Positions 1-12,030 of a DNA stretch of 64,000 nucleotides are shown one piece after another; position 1 is the first letter of the stretch; every line of letters starts with the position of its first letter. The notes below the pieces were generated by a model. It saw only the letters and a list, made by a program, of their open reading frames with translations, searched no databases and was not told where the DNA came from. The translations under genes were made by a program, and so were the position numbers. This stretch comes from an uncultured delta proteobacterium (GTDB lineage Bacteria > Myxococcota_A > Polyangia > Polyangiales > B10-G4), in contig CAVSGI010000006.1 in NCBI GenBank assembly GCA_963727445.1, forward strand, positions 384,001 through 448,000, read 5' to 3'.

Positions 1-3000
1 GCGGCGAGGCTCATCGCGTCGCGGCTCACCGAGGGCGAGGCGTCGGGGGGGGCGAACGCCGCGCTCACCGCATCGAGGAGCACCGCCCCTTCGTCGGGAT
101 GCAGCGTGGTGAGCAGGATGTGCGCGGGGCGCGCGAGCTCGACGGCGCGACCGATGCGGAAGGGCAGGTGCTCTGGGATGGCCTCGGCCCCTTCGTCGGC
201 GATGAGCGCCGGCGGGTGGGTCGCGACGATCTGAACCTCGATGTCCTTCGTTCGCCGGACGTAGAGCGAGACCTCGCCGGGGGACAGCACGCGCAGCGCG
301 CGCGCATAGGTCTTGGCCAAGAGGCTCGGTGAGAGCGGCGAAAGCGGCGTGAGGCCGCTGGTGCCGGCTTCGCGTGCGCTCTTGCGGAAGAGCGGCATGG
401 CACCTTCCCAGACGAGGGCGAGGAGCGTGCTGGCGCGCGAGAGCCGCGCATCGCGAACCGCTTCGGCCGCGTCCTCCACGTAGGAGCAGAGGTCCGACAG
501 AGCGTGCGGATCGGGGGTCTCGACGCGGGAGTCGAAGATCGAGACGATCTCGGCGGCGGTCTCCGCCACCGCAGGTGCGTCGAGCTCCACCGCGACGCCA
601 GCGAGGCGGCGCACGAGCGTGGTGCGGGCTGGGTCGCGGCGCACGGCCCAGAGCAGCACGTCGAGCCCCTCACGCCGTCGCGCCGGCTCGGCCAGGAGAC
701 GCTCGGCCAGCGCCGCGGCGGCGTCCAGATCGTCCTGTGCCATCCGCGAGCGCAGGCGCATCTCCTCGTCGTCGACGACCGAGGGGCGGAAGTCGTGGCG
801 GCTCGCCCCCATGGGCGGCGTGGGCGAGCCGGGCGTCTCTGGGGGTGACGCGGTCGCCGCGGGTTTGCTTCGTGCGGGTTCGGTCGGCGCCGCGTCGGTC
901 TCGGGCGCCGCGTCGGTCTCGGGCGCCGCGTCGGTCTCGGGCGCCGCGACCGTCTCCGCGACCGTCTCCGCCGCCGCGTCGGTCTCCGCCGTTGTCTCGG
1001 GCGCCGCGTCGGTCTCCGCCGCCGCGACCGTCTCCGACTCCGACTCCGAGACCGTCCCCGACGCCGTCTCCGACTCCGTCTCCGACTCCGTCTGCGTCTC
1101 CGACTCCGGGACCGTGTCCGCGACCGACTCCTCGACCGACTCCGACGCCTTCTGCGACGCGGCTGCCACGTCCGCGACCGCGGCCGCCATCGGCGGCACC
1201 ACCGCTTCGCGCCGCGACTCGTCCTCGAGCATCGGGAAGGTCTTGGTGTCGGGGATGGCGTCGTAGTCGGTCTTGCCGATGAAGTCGTCGGTCCCCGGGG
1301 CGGGGGGGCGCACCGAGTCTTTGATGGCGGGCTTGTCGACCAGGACGCTCGGGGTGGGCATCCCGAGCTCCATCGTCATCCGCTGCACCACCTCGTCGTC
1401 GGGTGCGAGGGCCAGGGCCTGGTGGGCCTTCTCCGCCGCCTCCTCCGGCGCGGCGGGCGCGAGCCAGCGGGCGATGTCGGCGAAGAAGCGCGCGCGGGTC
1501 TCGTCCTCGACGTCGTGCGCGCCCTCCACCAGTGAGAGCGCATCGGTCATCGTCCGTCGGCCGGCCTCGTGGTCCCCGGCGTCCGCGAAGAGGATCTCGG
1601 CGGCGGCGAGGAGTTGGCGGGCCTTGTCCTCGTCATCCCAGCTCTGCTCGGCGCGGTTCTGGAAGAGCTGCACGAGTCGCGCGCGCGCCTCACGACCGGC
1701 TTCGCCAGAGCGGGTCTCGATCGCGCTCGCCAGCCGTCGCAGGTCGTCGACCAACTCGCGCCGTCCGAGCTTCTCGAGCGCTCGGAAGAGCACGTCGAAA
1801 GCACGCGCCGGATCGTCCAGCTCCCGATCGTGGATCGCCGCGGCCCGGCGCATCATCTCGAGCTGCGCGTCGGGATGGGGAAGGCGCGTTGAGAGCTGCT
1901 CACACGCCACCGCCAGGGTGAGGGGCTCGTGGAGCCGCTCGCTCAGGCGCTCGATGGCGGTGAAGAGCACGCCGGCCGTAGGGGCGACCGCGAAGGCGTC
2001 TCCGTAGGCGGCGAGGGCGGCGCTCAGATCGCCGGCGCGCTCCAACCATCGCGCCTCGCGGTAGAGCAGGGCGCGGCGTCCGTGGTTGCCCATCGCGCGT
2101 TCGATCAGGCGCGTGTAGGTATCGCGGGCGCGCACGATGTCCTCGAGCTCGAGGGACAGGCGTTCGAAGGCGAGGAGCAGGGGGGCGTTGCGCGGGCAGT
2201 GCGTCAGCCCTTCGATCGCGACGTCGAGAGCGCCGCTGCGATCGCCGGCGACGCGCTCGAGCAGGAGGGCGGCCTCCTCGAAGAGCGGAGCGGCGATCTC
2301 GGGCGGCAGCTCCTTGCCTGCCTGCACCAGCACTCGGACGCCGCTCGCGGTGTCGCCGACGGTCGCCATCGCGCTCGCGACCTGACGCGCGACGTGTGGA
2401 TCGCCATCGCTCTCGTCGACGAGTCGGGCGACGAAACCTGCAGCGCGGGCCTCGTCGCCCGCGCGTTCGAGGCTCGCCACGGCGAGGTCGAGGAGGCGCT
2501 CCTGCCGCTCGTGCAGATCATCGGCGGCCTCGAGCCGGAGCGCCAACACAGCGAGCAAGCGCTGCGATTCGCCGGCGCGCGCGTAGATCTCGGTGAGCCG
2601 GTAGAGGGCCCCCTCGTGATGCGAATCCACCCCGAGGATGCGCAGCAGCGTCCGCGCCTCGGCGGGGCGGCGACCCAGGCCCTGATAGAGCTGCGCGAGC
2701 GCCTCGAGATAGGGCAGGCGCTCGGGCTTGTCCGAGATGGCGATGGCGCGTTCGAGCGCCGCGACGCGATGTTCGGGGGCCTCGGCGTTGCCCGCGACCG
2801 AGAGCGCGTAGCGGGTGAGCATCTCCGAGCGGTGGCCGAGGCGGTCGACCGCGCGCAGGGCGAGGGCTGCGGCGCCGTCCCGCCCGGTGACCGAGGACAG
2901 CCGCCGGAGCGCACGAACCATCGACTCCGGATCGATCCCGTGGGCGCCGAGGGCGTGCATGATGGCGCGGCGGATGCGCTCCTCGTCTTCGGTGGCGGTG

Positions 3001-5919
3001 GCCCACAAGAGCCGGCGCATCGCAGGCTCGGGATTCGAGCGGGGACACCGCACACCAGGTGTCGATGGCCTCGTCGCGTACCTCGCGATCGGCGGCCAGC
3101 GAGGCGGCGTCGGCGATGCGTTCGAGGAGTGGCGCCGAGTCGCCGAAGCAGCGACGCATCGCGAGGAGCGCTTCGACCGCTTCGGTCGCGGGCATCGAGC
3201 CGGCGTGCCGGCCCATGAGCAGAGCGGCGGCAGCGTTGTCGGGGTCGTGGGCGAGGGCGCGCCGCGCTTCCTCCAGCGCGACGTCCAGCGTGCCCGTTTG
3301 CTCCGCCAGCGCGGAGAGGCGGGCGGCGATGCGGCCCTTGTCGCGCGGGCTCGGCGTCGCGTCGGCTCGGATCCGGAGCGCGCGCGCGATCCGTTGTGGG
3401 TCGCCGAGGGCGATCGTCGACCGTTCGAGACGCGCCAGTGCTTCGGGATCGAGGGGCGCGGCCTCGAGCAGGATGCGGCACGCGTCGCCACACGCCTCGT
3501 GATCACCATCGCGGAAGGTGAGGCGAACGATGCGGCGAAGCAGGCGCACGCGTTCGTTCAGCCCTTCGGTCTCGGTGAGCCGGCGCATGGCGTAGCTGAG
3601 CCGCGCCTCGTCCTCTGCCCCGGTCCAAGCGAGGCGTTCGAAGGCGGTCGCCGCTTCTTCGTCGACGGGGTCGTCCTTCAGAGCCTCGAGGTAGAGCTCC
3701 ATCGCGCGCTTGCGCTCGCCCGGACGCCCGCCCAAGAGCGAGGCGAGGCTCCGAACCCGCGCGTGGCGGTGCTCGCCGTCGGCGCGCGCCAGCTCCCGCT
3801 CCGCGGCGCGGATGGCCTCGTCCGAGACGCGTACGCGCTCGCGCAGATGCGCGAAGGTGGCCTCGTCGATGGCGTGATCGGGGACCGTGCGCGACAGCTC
3901 GTCGAAGGCCCAGAGCGCCCGGGCGGCCGCGTCCGGATCCTCGGCGGCGCGGACGCCCAGCTCCGCGAGGAGCCCCGCGCGCCCCTCACCCTCCGTCAGC
4001 CGACATGCGCGCTCGAGCGCGTCCAACGTGAGCTGCTCGTCGCCCGTGTCGAGGGCCAGGTCGTCGAGGAGGCGGAGCGCTTCGTCGCCGGTGGGCTTGG
4101 CGGCGAGCGCGTCGGTGACGATGTCGAGGACCAGCTCGATGCTGGTGCTCGCTCGCTGGTAGGCGCGGGCCGCGGTGATGAGCCACTCGGCGCGGTCGTC
4201 GCGGTTCGCTCCCCGCGCGACCGCTTCGGTGATCACCGCTTCGTCCATCGGCGTGCCGGACGCGGCGTACGCATCGACGATCTTGTCGTGCAGAGACTCC
4301 ACCTGCGGCGAGTGGTGGAAGACCACGGCCAGGTAGTCGGCCTCGAGGTCGCGGCGCCCGCCGAGGCCGGCGCGCTCGGCAGCTTCGAGTCGAAGCGAGC
4401 GCGCCAGGTCCGGGTCGGCCGCCTGGTCGGCGGCGTCACCGAGCACGGCCACCGAGGCTTCCGCGAAGCCGTCCGCGCTGAGCGCGGTCGCGTACTCGCT
4501 CACCAGGAGCGGATCGTCCGGGTGCGCCTCGTAGGCCCACGCGAGCAGGGCACGCGCCCGTCCGGGGTGATCGTCGACCAGAAGCCGCGCGGCGCGCTGC
4601 GCGTCGCGCACGGCGTGAGCTGCGTCGCCGGTGAGGCGCCGAACCTCGGCGGCGAGCTCGAGGGGCTCGGCGCGGCCATCGCCGATCTTCGCGGCCTTCA
4701 TCAGGGCGTCGATGCACGTATCCGGATCGCCCGCGCGGAGCGCCGTGCGCGCGAGACGCATGAGGGCCGGCTTCTTCCGGTCCTCGGCCGGGGTTCCGAG
4801 GATCGCCTGATCGTAGGCGACCGAGAGATCGAGCTGACCGGTCGCCGCGCAGAGGATGGCGCTCTGCTCGAGCGCCAGCACGTCATCCGGGTCGGCCGCC
4901 GCCGCTTCCCGGTAGGCACGCGCCGCCTCGGAGAGGGACGCCAGCTCGCTCTGCCAGACGCGCGCGAGCTCTCGCCACGCGGCCGCGCGCTCGGCACCGC
5001 TCGCACCCCGCTGCTCGAGGCTCAGGATGTTGCGCTCGATGGCGTCGAGGGGGTCTTCGAGGCTCGAGGAGACGGGCCTGAGGCGGGGCTTGCCGAGCGG
5101 CGCGGCGTCGGGGGAGGGCGCCGCACCGGGATCGAGGCGCGACGAGGGCAAGAGGGGCGGTGGCAAAGTGTCGCCGGGCCGCCCGGAGGGCACGACCGAC
5201 GAGGGGCGCTTGGGCGGCGGCGGCGCGGACTTTCCACTGCCGACGATGCGCGCGAGCCCCGCGCGGATCAGCGCAGCGATGTGGGAGGCGCTGCTCGGGC
5301 GCACCGGCAGGAGCGTCGCGATCTTCTTCGGCTCGCCCGATTCGATGGGCAGGTCGGCCCAGCGCGAGGCCTCGAACTGATGGGGCGTGTCCTCCCAGGT
5401 GAGGAGCTCCGACGCGCGCCCGCCGACGACGCCTGCATCCGAGAGGGCCGCGCGTCGGGCGAGCGCGTCGAGGACGAAGGGGACGAGCGGGACCCCGTCG
5501 ACGTCGTCACGGGGCGGCTCCGGCACGAAAGCGCCCGGGGGGGCGCCGCGTTCCTCGTCGAGCGCGAGACCGCGAACCAGGCGATCGAGCCACACGCCGC
5601 GCCGCGCGTCGCGGATGGCGTCCGGGCTCAGCGCCGTCGAACGGATGAGCGCTTCCGCTACCGAGATGTTCGCTCCGCGCGCGTCCTCCACCGCGGTCGC
5701 GAGGGTCTGCTCGTCGACGAGGCCAGCACGCACGACGAAGACTTCGAGGCTCTCGTCCTCCTCGGCGGGGGAGATGTCGACGATACGGCCGGACTGAACG
5801 ACCACCCGTCGGCCACCCACCTCGACGCTACCTTCGGCGCCCCGCTCCGCCAGGTCCAAGAGCAACCGGGCGACGGGGCTCGGCGCCAGCCCCTGGCCGT
5901 CCATCGTGGGCGGGACCAT
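1..5919 (-). CDS. Giant TPR/helical-repeat protein, 3' end outside the window, one apparent frameshift near 3020
   Basis: ORF 2518..5919 reads as Ala/Leu/Glu-rich helical repeats up to ...SPLESRA. A shifted frame then continues (RRLLWATATEDEERIRAAIMHALG...) and appears to run off position 1. The architecture is typical of myxobacterial TPR proteins. Confidence 0.7.
886..1150. repeat. Intragenic 18-bp/6-bp tandem repeats encoding an acidic low-complexity linker (ETDAAP-like on the minus strand)
   Basis: Repeated GGCGCCGCGTCGGTCTC and TCCGAC units are directly visible. Confidence 0.8.
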
Positions 5920-5963
5920 ACCAGAAATTTCGGGGATCTACGGGTCGTTCGTGGAGAGCGCTC

Positions 5964-7718
5964 TCACTCCACGTGGACCACGAAGGGCATGGTCAGCACC
6001 ACCCGCTCCGGGCCCATGAAAAGCGGCGCCAAATCGGTGACCTGGCCCAGCCCGGCGGCCGCGGCGGCGTCCTCCACCAGGGCTCGGCTCCGCTCCCCGG
6101 GGGTCTCCCCCGCCATCCCCTGAGCGATGGTGTCGAGGAAGGTCCGTTGGGGCGGCCATCGTTCGATGGGCGCATCCTCCGCGAGCCCGCCTTCGCTGCG
6201 GGCCTTGGAGAGGGCATCCCACAGCCCTCCGAGCTCGTCGACGAGGCCCGCGTCGAGGGCGCGACTGCCCACCATCACGCGACCCTCGGCATAGGGCTCG
6301 ATGGCCGAGCGCTCCATGCCGCGACCGACCTCGATGCGGCGAAGGAAGCGCGTGTAGGTGTGGGCCATCTGGCGGCGAAGGAGGTTTCGCTCTTCGTCGG
6401 TGAAGGGGCGGGTGGGGCTCGAGTAGCCGGCGTGCGCACCACGCGTGATGAGCTCGACGTCGACGCCGATGGTGTCGGCGAGCTCGGCGGCGCTCACCTT
6501 GCCGCCGACGACGCCGATGCTCCCGACGAGGCTCGTGGGCTCCGCCATGATGTGCGTCGCCGAGGAGGCGATGTAGTAGCCGCCGCTCGCGCAGGTGTCG
6601 CCGATGCTGACAATCACAGGCTTCTTCAGGGCCACGCGGTGCATGGCGTGCCACATGCGATCGCTCGCGAGCGCCGAGCCGCCGGGGGAGTCGATGCGCA
6701 CCACCAGCGCCTTGATCTCGTCGTCGCGACCGAAGCTGCGCATGGCACGGGTGAACGGTCCGGCGCGACCGCCCTCTCCATCGCCGCCGTTTTCTTCACC
6801 GTCGGTGATCGAGCTCGTGAGGTACATCAGGCCGATGCGGTCGCCTTCGGGGACGGACTGCGGCGTCTCGCCCGCGAGGGCGCCGAGGATCTCGCCGAGG
6901 CCGACCTCCGGAGGTGGAGGCACGATGCGGATGCGGCGGACGCGCTCCGCGCCACCGGCTACGCGCGCGTGCTCCATCGCTTCGTCGTCGAATCCGACGT
7001 CGTCCACCAGCCCGAGCTCGTACGCGCTCCAGGCGTCATAGGGCCCCTGGTCGATGATCTCGCGGACGCGCTCTTCGGTGAGGTCGGCGCGACCCTCGGC
7101 GATCGAGCTCACGACGAACTCGAAGTAGTCGTCGAGGAGCTGGCCGATGTCCTCGCGCACGTCGTCCGTCGGCTCGACGCGGGTGAACATGTCCGCCACG
7201 CCCTTGAAGCGGCCGATCTGGATCAGGTCGGCCTGAAGGCCGAGGTGCTCGAGGAGCGACTTCAGGAAGAAGAGATGCGCCGCGAGGCCGACCAGATCGA
7301 GGTGCCCGGCGGGGGTGACGCTGATCCGATCGCAGGCGCGCGCCATGACGGCGTAGGAGAGGTTGTCGGCGATCGTGAAGTGGCAGTGCACGGGCTTGCC
7401 TGCGTCCTTCACGCGCTCGAGGGCCTGGATCAGCTCCATGCCGCGGCCCCAGCCGCCGCCCATCGGCCCGAGGCGAAGGAAGACGGCCTTCGCGTCGTCG
7501 TCGCGCTCCACCGCGCGCAGGCGGCGGATCAGATCGCTGATCGTGGGGGGCCGCGCACCGAAGGTCGCGCCGCCGCCGTCTTCGACCGGCGGAGACTCGA
7601 GGACCAGCTCGCGGACCTCCGGGGTGCCGTCGCCCTCCGACGCTGGCTCGCCCTGGTCGTCGCCGCAGGACACGGCCAGGAGCGCGACGAGCGCGCAAAG
7701 GATGGGCGCGCGCCTCAT
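5964..7718 (-). CDS. sppA: Signal peptide peptidase SppA (protease IV, S49, two-domain form), lipoprotein
   Basis: Motifs RIDSPGGSALAS, CASGGYYIA, GSIGV, IGRFKG and AEGRVMVG; lipobox LAVSC. Confidence 0.9.
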   Translation of the reverse strand: MRRAPILCALVALLAVSCGDDQGEPASEGDGTPEVRELVLESPPVEDGGGATFGARPPTISDLIRRLRAVERDDDAKAVFLRLGPMGGGWGRGMELIQALERVKDAGKPVHCHFTIADNLSYAVMARACDRISVTPAGHLDLVGLAAHLFFLKSLLEHLGLQADLIQIGRFKGVADMFTRVEPTDDVREDIGQLLDDYFEFVVSSIAEGRADLTEERVREIIDQGPYDAWSAYELGLVDDVGFDDEAMEHARVAGGAERVRRIRIVPPPPEVGLGEILGALAGETPQSVPEGDRIGLMYLTSSITDGEENGGDGEGGRAGPFTRAMRSFGRDDEIKALVVRIDSPGGSALASDRMWHAMHRVALKKPVIVSIGDTCASGGYYIASSATHIMAEPTSLVGSIGVVGGKVSAAELADTIGVDVELITRGAHAGYSSPTRPFTDEERNLLRRQMAHTYTRFLRRIEVGRGMERSAIEPYAEGRVMVGSRALDAGLVDELGGLWDALSKARSEGGLAEDAPIERWPPQRTFLDTIAQGMAGETPGERSRALVEDAAAAAGLGQVTDLAPLFMGPERVVLTMPFVVHVE

Positions 7719-10324
7719 TCCGAGCCCACGGCGGGTTGATCGGGGGGCGGCAGGTCTGCTTCCGTCGCGCCGCGCGGCGCGGGGAGCTCGTCGGGGGCCG
7801 TCTCGGGGGCGGGTGTGGGCTCGGTCGTCGTCTCGGTACCGCCGCCTTCGTCGCCACCACCGCCGCCGCCTTCGGTGCCGCTGCCTTCGTCGCCGCCACC
7901 GCCGCTCTCGGTGCCGCCGCCCGACTCGCTGCCGGCGAGCATTTCGATCTGGCGGCGCGCCGTGTAGGCGGCCGGGCCGTTCGGGAGGCGCTCGAGGTAG
8001 CCGCGGTAGGCCTCGAGGGCCTGCGCGTTCTGGCCCATCTGCCGGTAGGCGTCGCCGAGCCCGATGAAGGCGCCGGCAAACCCGGCGTTGCTCGCTGCGC
8101 GGAAGTTGGATACCGCGCCGCGGGGGTTGCCGGTCTCGAGCATCACGTAGCCGAGGCCGTTCTGGGCCTCCGAGGCGCCAGGGCGGACTTCGAGGGCGGC
8201 CTCGTACATGCCGCGCGCCCGACCCACGTCCCCGCGTTCCATGAGCTCGTCTCCACGTTCGATGTAGTAGCTGTAGTCGCGGCCGCGGGGCGGGGCAGAG
8301 CTCTCGCCACCGCCATGGGAGGATCCGGATTCGGTCTCGGCTTCGGTCTCGGTCTCGGTCTCGGCGACAATCGCCCCCGCTGCGTCGACGCCTGCGTCAG
8401 CGCCCCCATCGAGGCTCTCGACGATCGGCGCTGCGGGCGGCAGCCCACGATCCATCGCCTGAGCGAGGTAGCTCGCCACCGGATGATCCGGCACCGCGGC
8501 GAGCACGGCGTTGACCTCGGCACGCGCACCGGCGACGTCACCTGTCGCGAGGAGCGCCCGCGCGAGCAGCAGGCGCGCGCGCAACAGACCCGGCGCGGCG
8601 GTGGCTGCGCGGCGCGCCGCCTCGAGCGCGGGGCCCGGATTGCCTTCCGGCGAGTCGAGCTCGAAGAGCGCGACGACGTAGAGCTGCTGGGGGCTCGCTT
8701 CGGGCTCGAGGGTGCGCGCGCGGTCGAGGTGGCTCCGCGCCCCCCGACCGTCCCCCGTGAGCCGAAGCGCATCGGCCAGGGCGAGCACCGAGACCACGTG
8801 GTTGGGATCGATCCGCACCGCGTCCTCGCCGTAGCGTCGCGCCTCCGACGCGTTCTCCTCGGACTCGCGGCGGAGCGCCGCCGCCTCACCCGAGAGCGTG
8901 GGATCGGCCCCAGCGCGCGCCACCAGGTCGGCGGTCTTGAAAGCGAGCTCCTGGGCGAGGGCGGCGTGAGCCCTGCTGAGCCCCGAGAGCACCCGGAGGT
9001 CCCGCTCGTCGATCGCCGTGGCGCGGGTGAGCTCGCGGATCGCTTCGTGATAGGCGTCCTGATGGTCGAGGGCGAGGGCGGCTTCTCCGCGCTCGACGAA
9101 CTCCGCCACCCGGTCGGGCGGCTCCGCCAATCCCAGTAGCGGAGCGAGGCGGTTCCAGAAGAGGCCGGCGCCGATCCCGACCGTGAGGAGCAGGACGAGG
9201 GCGACGTAGAATCCAGTGCGGCTCGACTTCGGTTTCACCGCCGTCTGGGCTCGGATCGCGGCGACCTCCGCGTCCTCGTCGACGTACATCTTCTGCTTCT
9301 GTGGGGTGGGCGCGCCGCGGGATTTGGGGCGCGCCCCGGCCGTCTGCGCGGGCTCACCAGGGTCGCTGTATCCCTGTCGCGTAGTCGACTTCTGGCGGGG
9401 CTCGGCCTCTTCCTCCGGGACCTCCATCTTCGGCATGGAGCGGGTCTTCGGGACCTCGCCCAGCACCGGCGCGTCGGGCCCGCCGAGCCCCTCGAGGCGA
9501 CCTACCGAGCGATCGGCGGTGCGACCCGTCGCCGGGCCCTGATCCACCTCGGTCGGCTGCTCGTCGAAGCCGGTCGACGCTTCGGCGCGGGCGTTGGCCT
9601 GCGAATCGACGATGGTCGCGTCGGCCGCGGGGGAGCTCGCGCCCACGCCCATGATCGTGCGCTTCGCAGGCGGCTTCTTCAGGGGCACCCGTCCCGCGCC
9701 CGCCACCCGCGGGTCGGTGATCCGCTGCTCCTCCGGCTGGGTCGAACGCAGCGGCGCGGTGTCCTCCATGCCCAGCCCCGCGGAGCGATCGCTCGGCGGG
9801 ATGGCGGGCACGGGTGGGGTGGCGTGCTTCGGCGGTGGCGCGCTCGGTGGGCGTTGGAGCGGGCCCGAGCCGTGTCCGCGCGACGGAGCTTCGGGAACCG
9901 CGTTCGGACGCGCGGAGGGAGAGCGCGAGAAGGGGGTCGTCGACGCGGCCGGTCCCGTCGTGAAGGGCTGGGTGCCGTCACGACGCTTCGGCTTTTCGTT
10001 CCCCGCTTCGGCCGCGGAGAAGAAGGTCACCAGCTCCGCGATGTCGCCCAGCTTCTTCCAGCTCTCGCCGGAGCGGGAGATCTCGTCGTCGCGCTTCAGC
10101 TCGCCCTGGGTGATGAGGCGCTGCAGGTCGCGGAGCGACGTCAGGTTCTGAACCTTTCCTGCGCGGGTCCGGACGGTCCACGTCTTCGGGCCGTCGCTCG
10201 CCCCCGGGCGGAACACCTTGAAGAGGTGGCCACAGTGGGTGCACTTGACGGTGGTCCCGCGATCCGAGACCAGCGTCTCGTCGAACTCGTACTCGGTACC
10301 GCAGCGTTCGCAGGTGACGTCCAT
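7715..10324 (-). CDS. MJ0042-type zinc-ribbon protein with Pro-rich linker, single TM helix and C-terminal TPR repeats
   Basis: N-terminus MDVTCERCGTEY...VKCTHCGHLFKV; TM FYVALVLLLTVGIGAGLFW; TPR-like C-terminus. Start moved to ATG at 10324. Confidence 0.8.
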   Translation of the reverse strand: MDVTCERCGTEYEFDETLVSDRGTTVKCTHCGHLFKVFRPGASDGPKTWTVRTRAGKVQNLTSLRDLQRLITQGELKRDDEISRSGESWKKLGDIAELVTFFSAAEAGNEKPKRRDGTQPFTTGPAASTTPFSRSPSARPNAVPEAPSRGHGSGPLQRPPSAPPPKHATPPVPAIPPSDRSAGLGMEDTAPLRSTQPEEQRITDPRVAGAGRVPLKKPPAKRTIMGVGASSPAADATIVDSQANARAEASTGFDEQPTEVDQGPATGRTADRSVGRLEGLGGPDAPVLGEVPKTRSMPKMEVPEEEAEPRQKSTTRQGYSDPGEPAQTAGARPKSRGAPTPQKQKMYVDEDAEVAAIRAQTAVKPKSSRTGFYVALVLLLTVGIGAGLFWNRLAPLLGLAEPPDRVAEFVERGEAALALDHQDAYHEAIRELTRATAIDERDLRVLSGLSRAHAALAQELAFKTADLVARAGADPTLSGEAAALRRESEENASEARRYGEDAVRIDPNHVVSVLALADALRLTGDGRGARSHLDRARTLEPEASPQQLYVVALFELDSPEGNPGPALEAARRAATAAPGLLRARLLLARALLATGDVAGARAEVNAVLAAVPDHPVASYLAQAMDRGLPPAAPIVESLDGGADAGVDAAGAIVAETETETEAETESGSSHGGGESSAPPRGRDYSYYIERGDELMERGDVGRARGMYEAALEVRPGASEAQNGLGYVMLETGNPRGAVSNFRAASNAGFAGAFIGLGDAYRQMGQNAQALEAYRGYLERLPNGPAAYTARRQIEMLAGSESGGGTESGGGGDEGSGTEGGGGGGDEGGGTETTTEPTPAPETAPDELPAPRGATEADLPPPDQPAVGSE

Positions 10325-10509
10325 CAGGGGGGCCGCCCCGTGTCCTACCGTGGCGGCGGGCACGATGCCAAGGAAGAGTACACCTCGGGGCCTCGATGAT
10401 TGGGTGGTGGGGCCGGTTCGGGCGGGCCCGGCCCCCGAGAGCCCCCGGAGGGACCCGACCGGCCTTGGCGCGTGACGAATTGCCCCTTCCAGGGTAGGGT
10501 TCCGCCCCC

Positions 10510-11385
10510 ATGCGACGAGACCTCGACCGCATCGTCGACGCCGTGGCCCGGCGAGTGGAGCTCAAGCTCTTCGACGAGCTCCGCAATACACCCTGCACCG
10601 CGACGGCCGAGGAGTGCAACGGCGATGGCCTGTGCGCCGTTCGCCGGCCTCACGACGTGGCGGTGATCCGGGACGCGGGCGCCGCGCGGGTGGGCGCTTC
10701 GCCTGGCATCGGGCCGGTCCGCGAGGATCTGGCGTCGATGATCGACCATACCCTCCTCAAGCCGGAGGTCTCGCGGGAGGATCTGGCCAAGGTTTGTGAG
10801 GAGGCCCGCACCTATCGCTTCGCCAGCGTCTGCGTGAACTCGGCCAACGTGGCCTTCGTCAAGAAGATGCTCTCCGGCTCGGGCGTCATGACGGTGGCCG
10901 TGGTGGGCTTCCCGCTCGGCGCGGCCAGCAGCAGCGCCAAGGCCTACGAGACCAAGCAGGCGATCCGGGACGGCGCCGACGAGATCGACATGGTGATCAA
11001 CATCGGGGCGGTGAAGAGCCGCGATTGGGCGCTGGTCTTCGACGACATCCACGCGGTGGTGATGGCGGCGAGGAACCATCCAGTGAAGGTGATCCTCGAG
11101 ACCTCCAAGCTCGATCACGACGAGAAGGTCGTCGTCTGTGGCTTGTCGAAGGCGGCCGGCGCGGCCTTCGTCAAGACCTCCACCGGCTTCGGCGGCGGGG
11201 GAGCGACGGTCGACGACGTTCGTCTGATGCGGTCGATCGTCGGCTCCGACGTCGGCGTCAAGGCGTCGGGCGGCGTGCGCGACGCGAGCGGCGCAGAGGC
11301 GATGCTGGCGGCGGGCGCCACGCGTATCGGCGCCAGCGCCAGCGTGGCCATCGTGACCGGCGGAAAAGGCAAGTCGGGATACTGA
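10510..11385 (+). CDS. deoC: Deoxyribose-phosphate aldolase with a ~75-aa N-terminal extension
   Basis: Motifs IDHTLLKP, VVGFPLGA, GADEIDMVIN, FVKTSTGF, VKASGGVR and GATRIGAS. Confidence 0.95.
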   Translation: MRRDLDRIVDAVARRVELKLFDELRNTPCTATAEECNGDGLCAVRRPHDVAVIRDAGAARVGASPGIGPVREDLASMIDHTLLKPEVSREDLAKVCEEARTYRFASVCVNSANVAFVKKMLSGSGVMTVAVVGFPLGAASSSAKAYETKQAIRDGADEIDMVINIGAVKSRDWALVFDDIHAVVMAARNHPVKVILETSKLDHDEKVVVCGLSKAAGAAFVKTSTGFGGGGATVDDVRLMRSIVGSDVGVKASGGVRDASGAEAMLAAGATRIGASASVAIVTGGKGKSGY

Positions 11386-11388
11386 GTC

Positions 11389-12030
11389 ATGGCGGTCGTC
11401 GCGGTCACGGATGCTTCCTTCGAAGCCGAGGTGATGAGATCCGAGCTCCCGGTTCTCATCGATCTACACGCCGATTGGTGTCAGCCCTGCAAGCAGCTCT
11501 CGCCTCTGGTGGCGCAGCTCTCGGAGGAGCTGGCGGGCAAGCTCAAGGTCGTCAGCATCGACGTCGATCACAACCCGATGATCGCCCAGAGCTTCCGGGT
11601 GCAGAGCATCCCCATGCTGGTGGTGATCGCCAACGGGCAGGTCGCCGGCCATCACCTGGGCCTGCTCGACATGGCGGGCCTGCGAAAGCTGGTGGAGCCA
11701 GCGCTCCCTGCCGACGCCGCCGAGGTCACGCCCGCCGAGCTCGCCCAGCTCCTCGTGGCCAAGCGCGCGGTGCCGGTGGACATCCGCGATGCGTCGGCCT
11801 TCGGGCGCTATCGGATCCCCGGAGCCGTGAACGTGCCGGCGGCCGACGCCCCGAAGCGCGCCGCGGAGCTCGCCCCCACCGACGGACGCGTCCGCGTGCT
11901 CTACGCGCGAACGACCGACGAGGCGAAGGAGCTCGCGGAGGCGCTGCGGGGACAGGGCGTCGAGGTCGCCTACCTCGCAGGCGGCTTCCTTCATTGGGAG
12001 GCCGACGGGCTCGAAGTGGAGCGCGGGTGA
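11389..12030 (+). CDS. Thioredoxin fused to a rhodanese-like domain
   Basis: WCQPC active site and VQSIP; C-terminal VDIRD...RIPGAVNVP...YLAGGFLHW rhodanese signature. Confidence 0.85.
   Translation: MAVVAVTDASFEAEVMRSELPVLIDLHADWCQPCKQLSPLVAQLSEELAGKLKVVSIDVDHNPMIAQSFRVQSIPMLVVIANGQVAGHHLGLLDMAGLRKLVEPALPADAAEVTPAELAQLLVAKRAVPVDIRDASAFGRYRIPGAVNVPAADAPKRAAELAPTDGRVRVLYARTTDEAKELAEALRGQGVEVAYLAGGFLHWEADGLEVERG

Noticed and set aside
2815..6123. 1102-aa plus-strand ORF
   Set aside because: Antisense shadow of the TPR gene; no motifs, typical of high-GC codon bias
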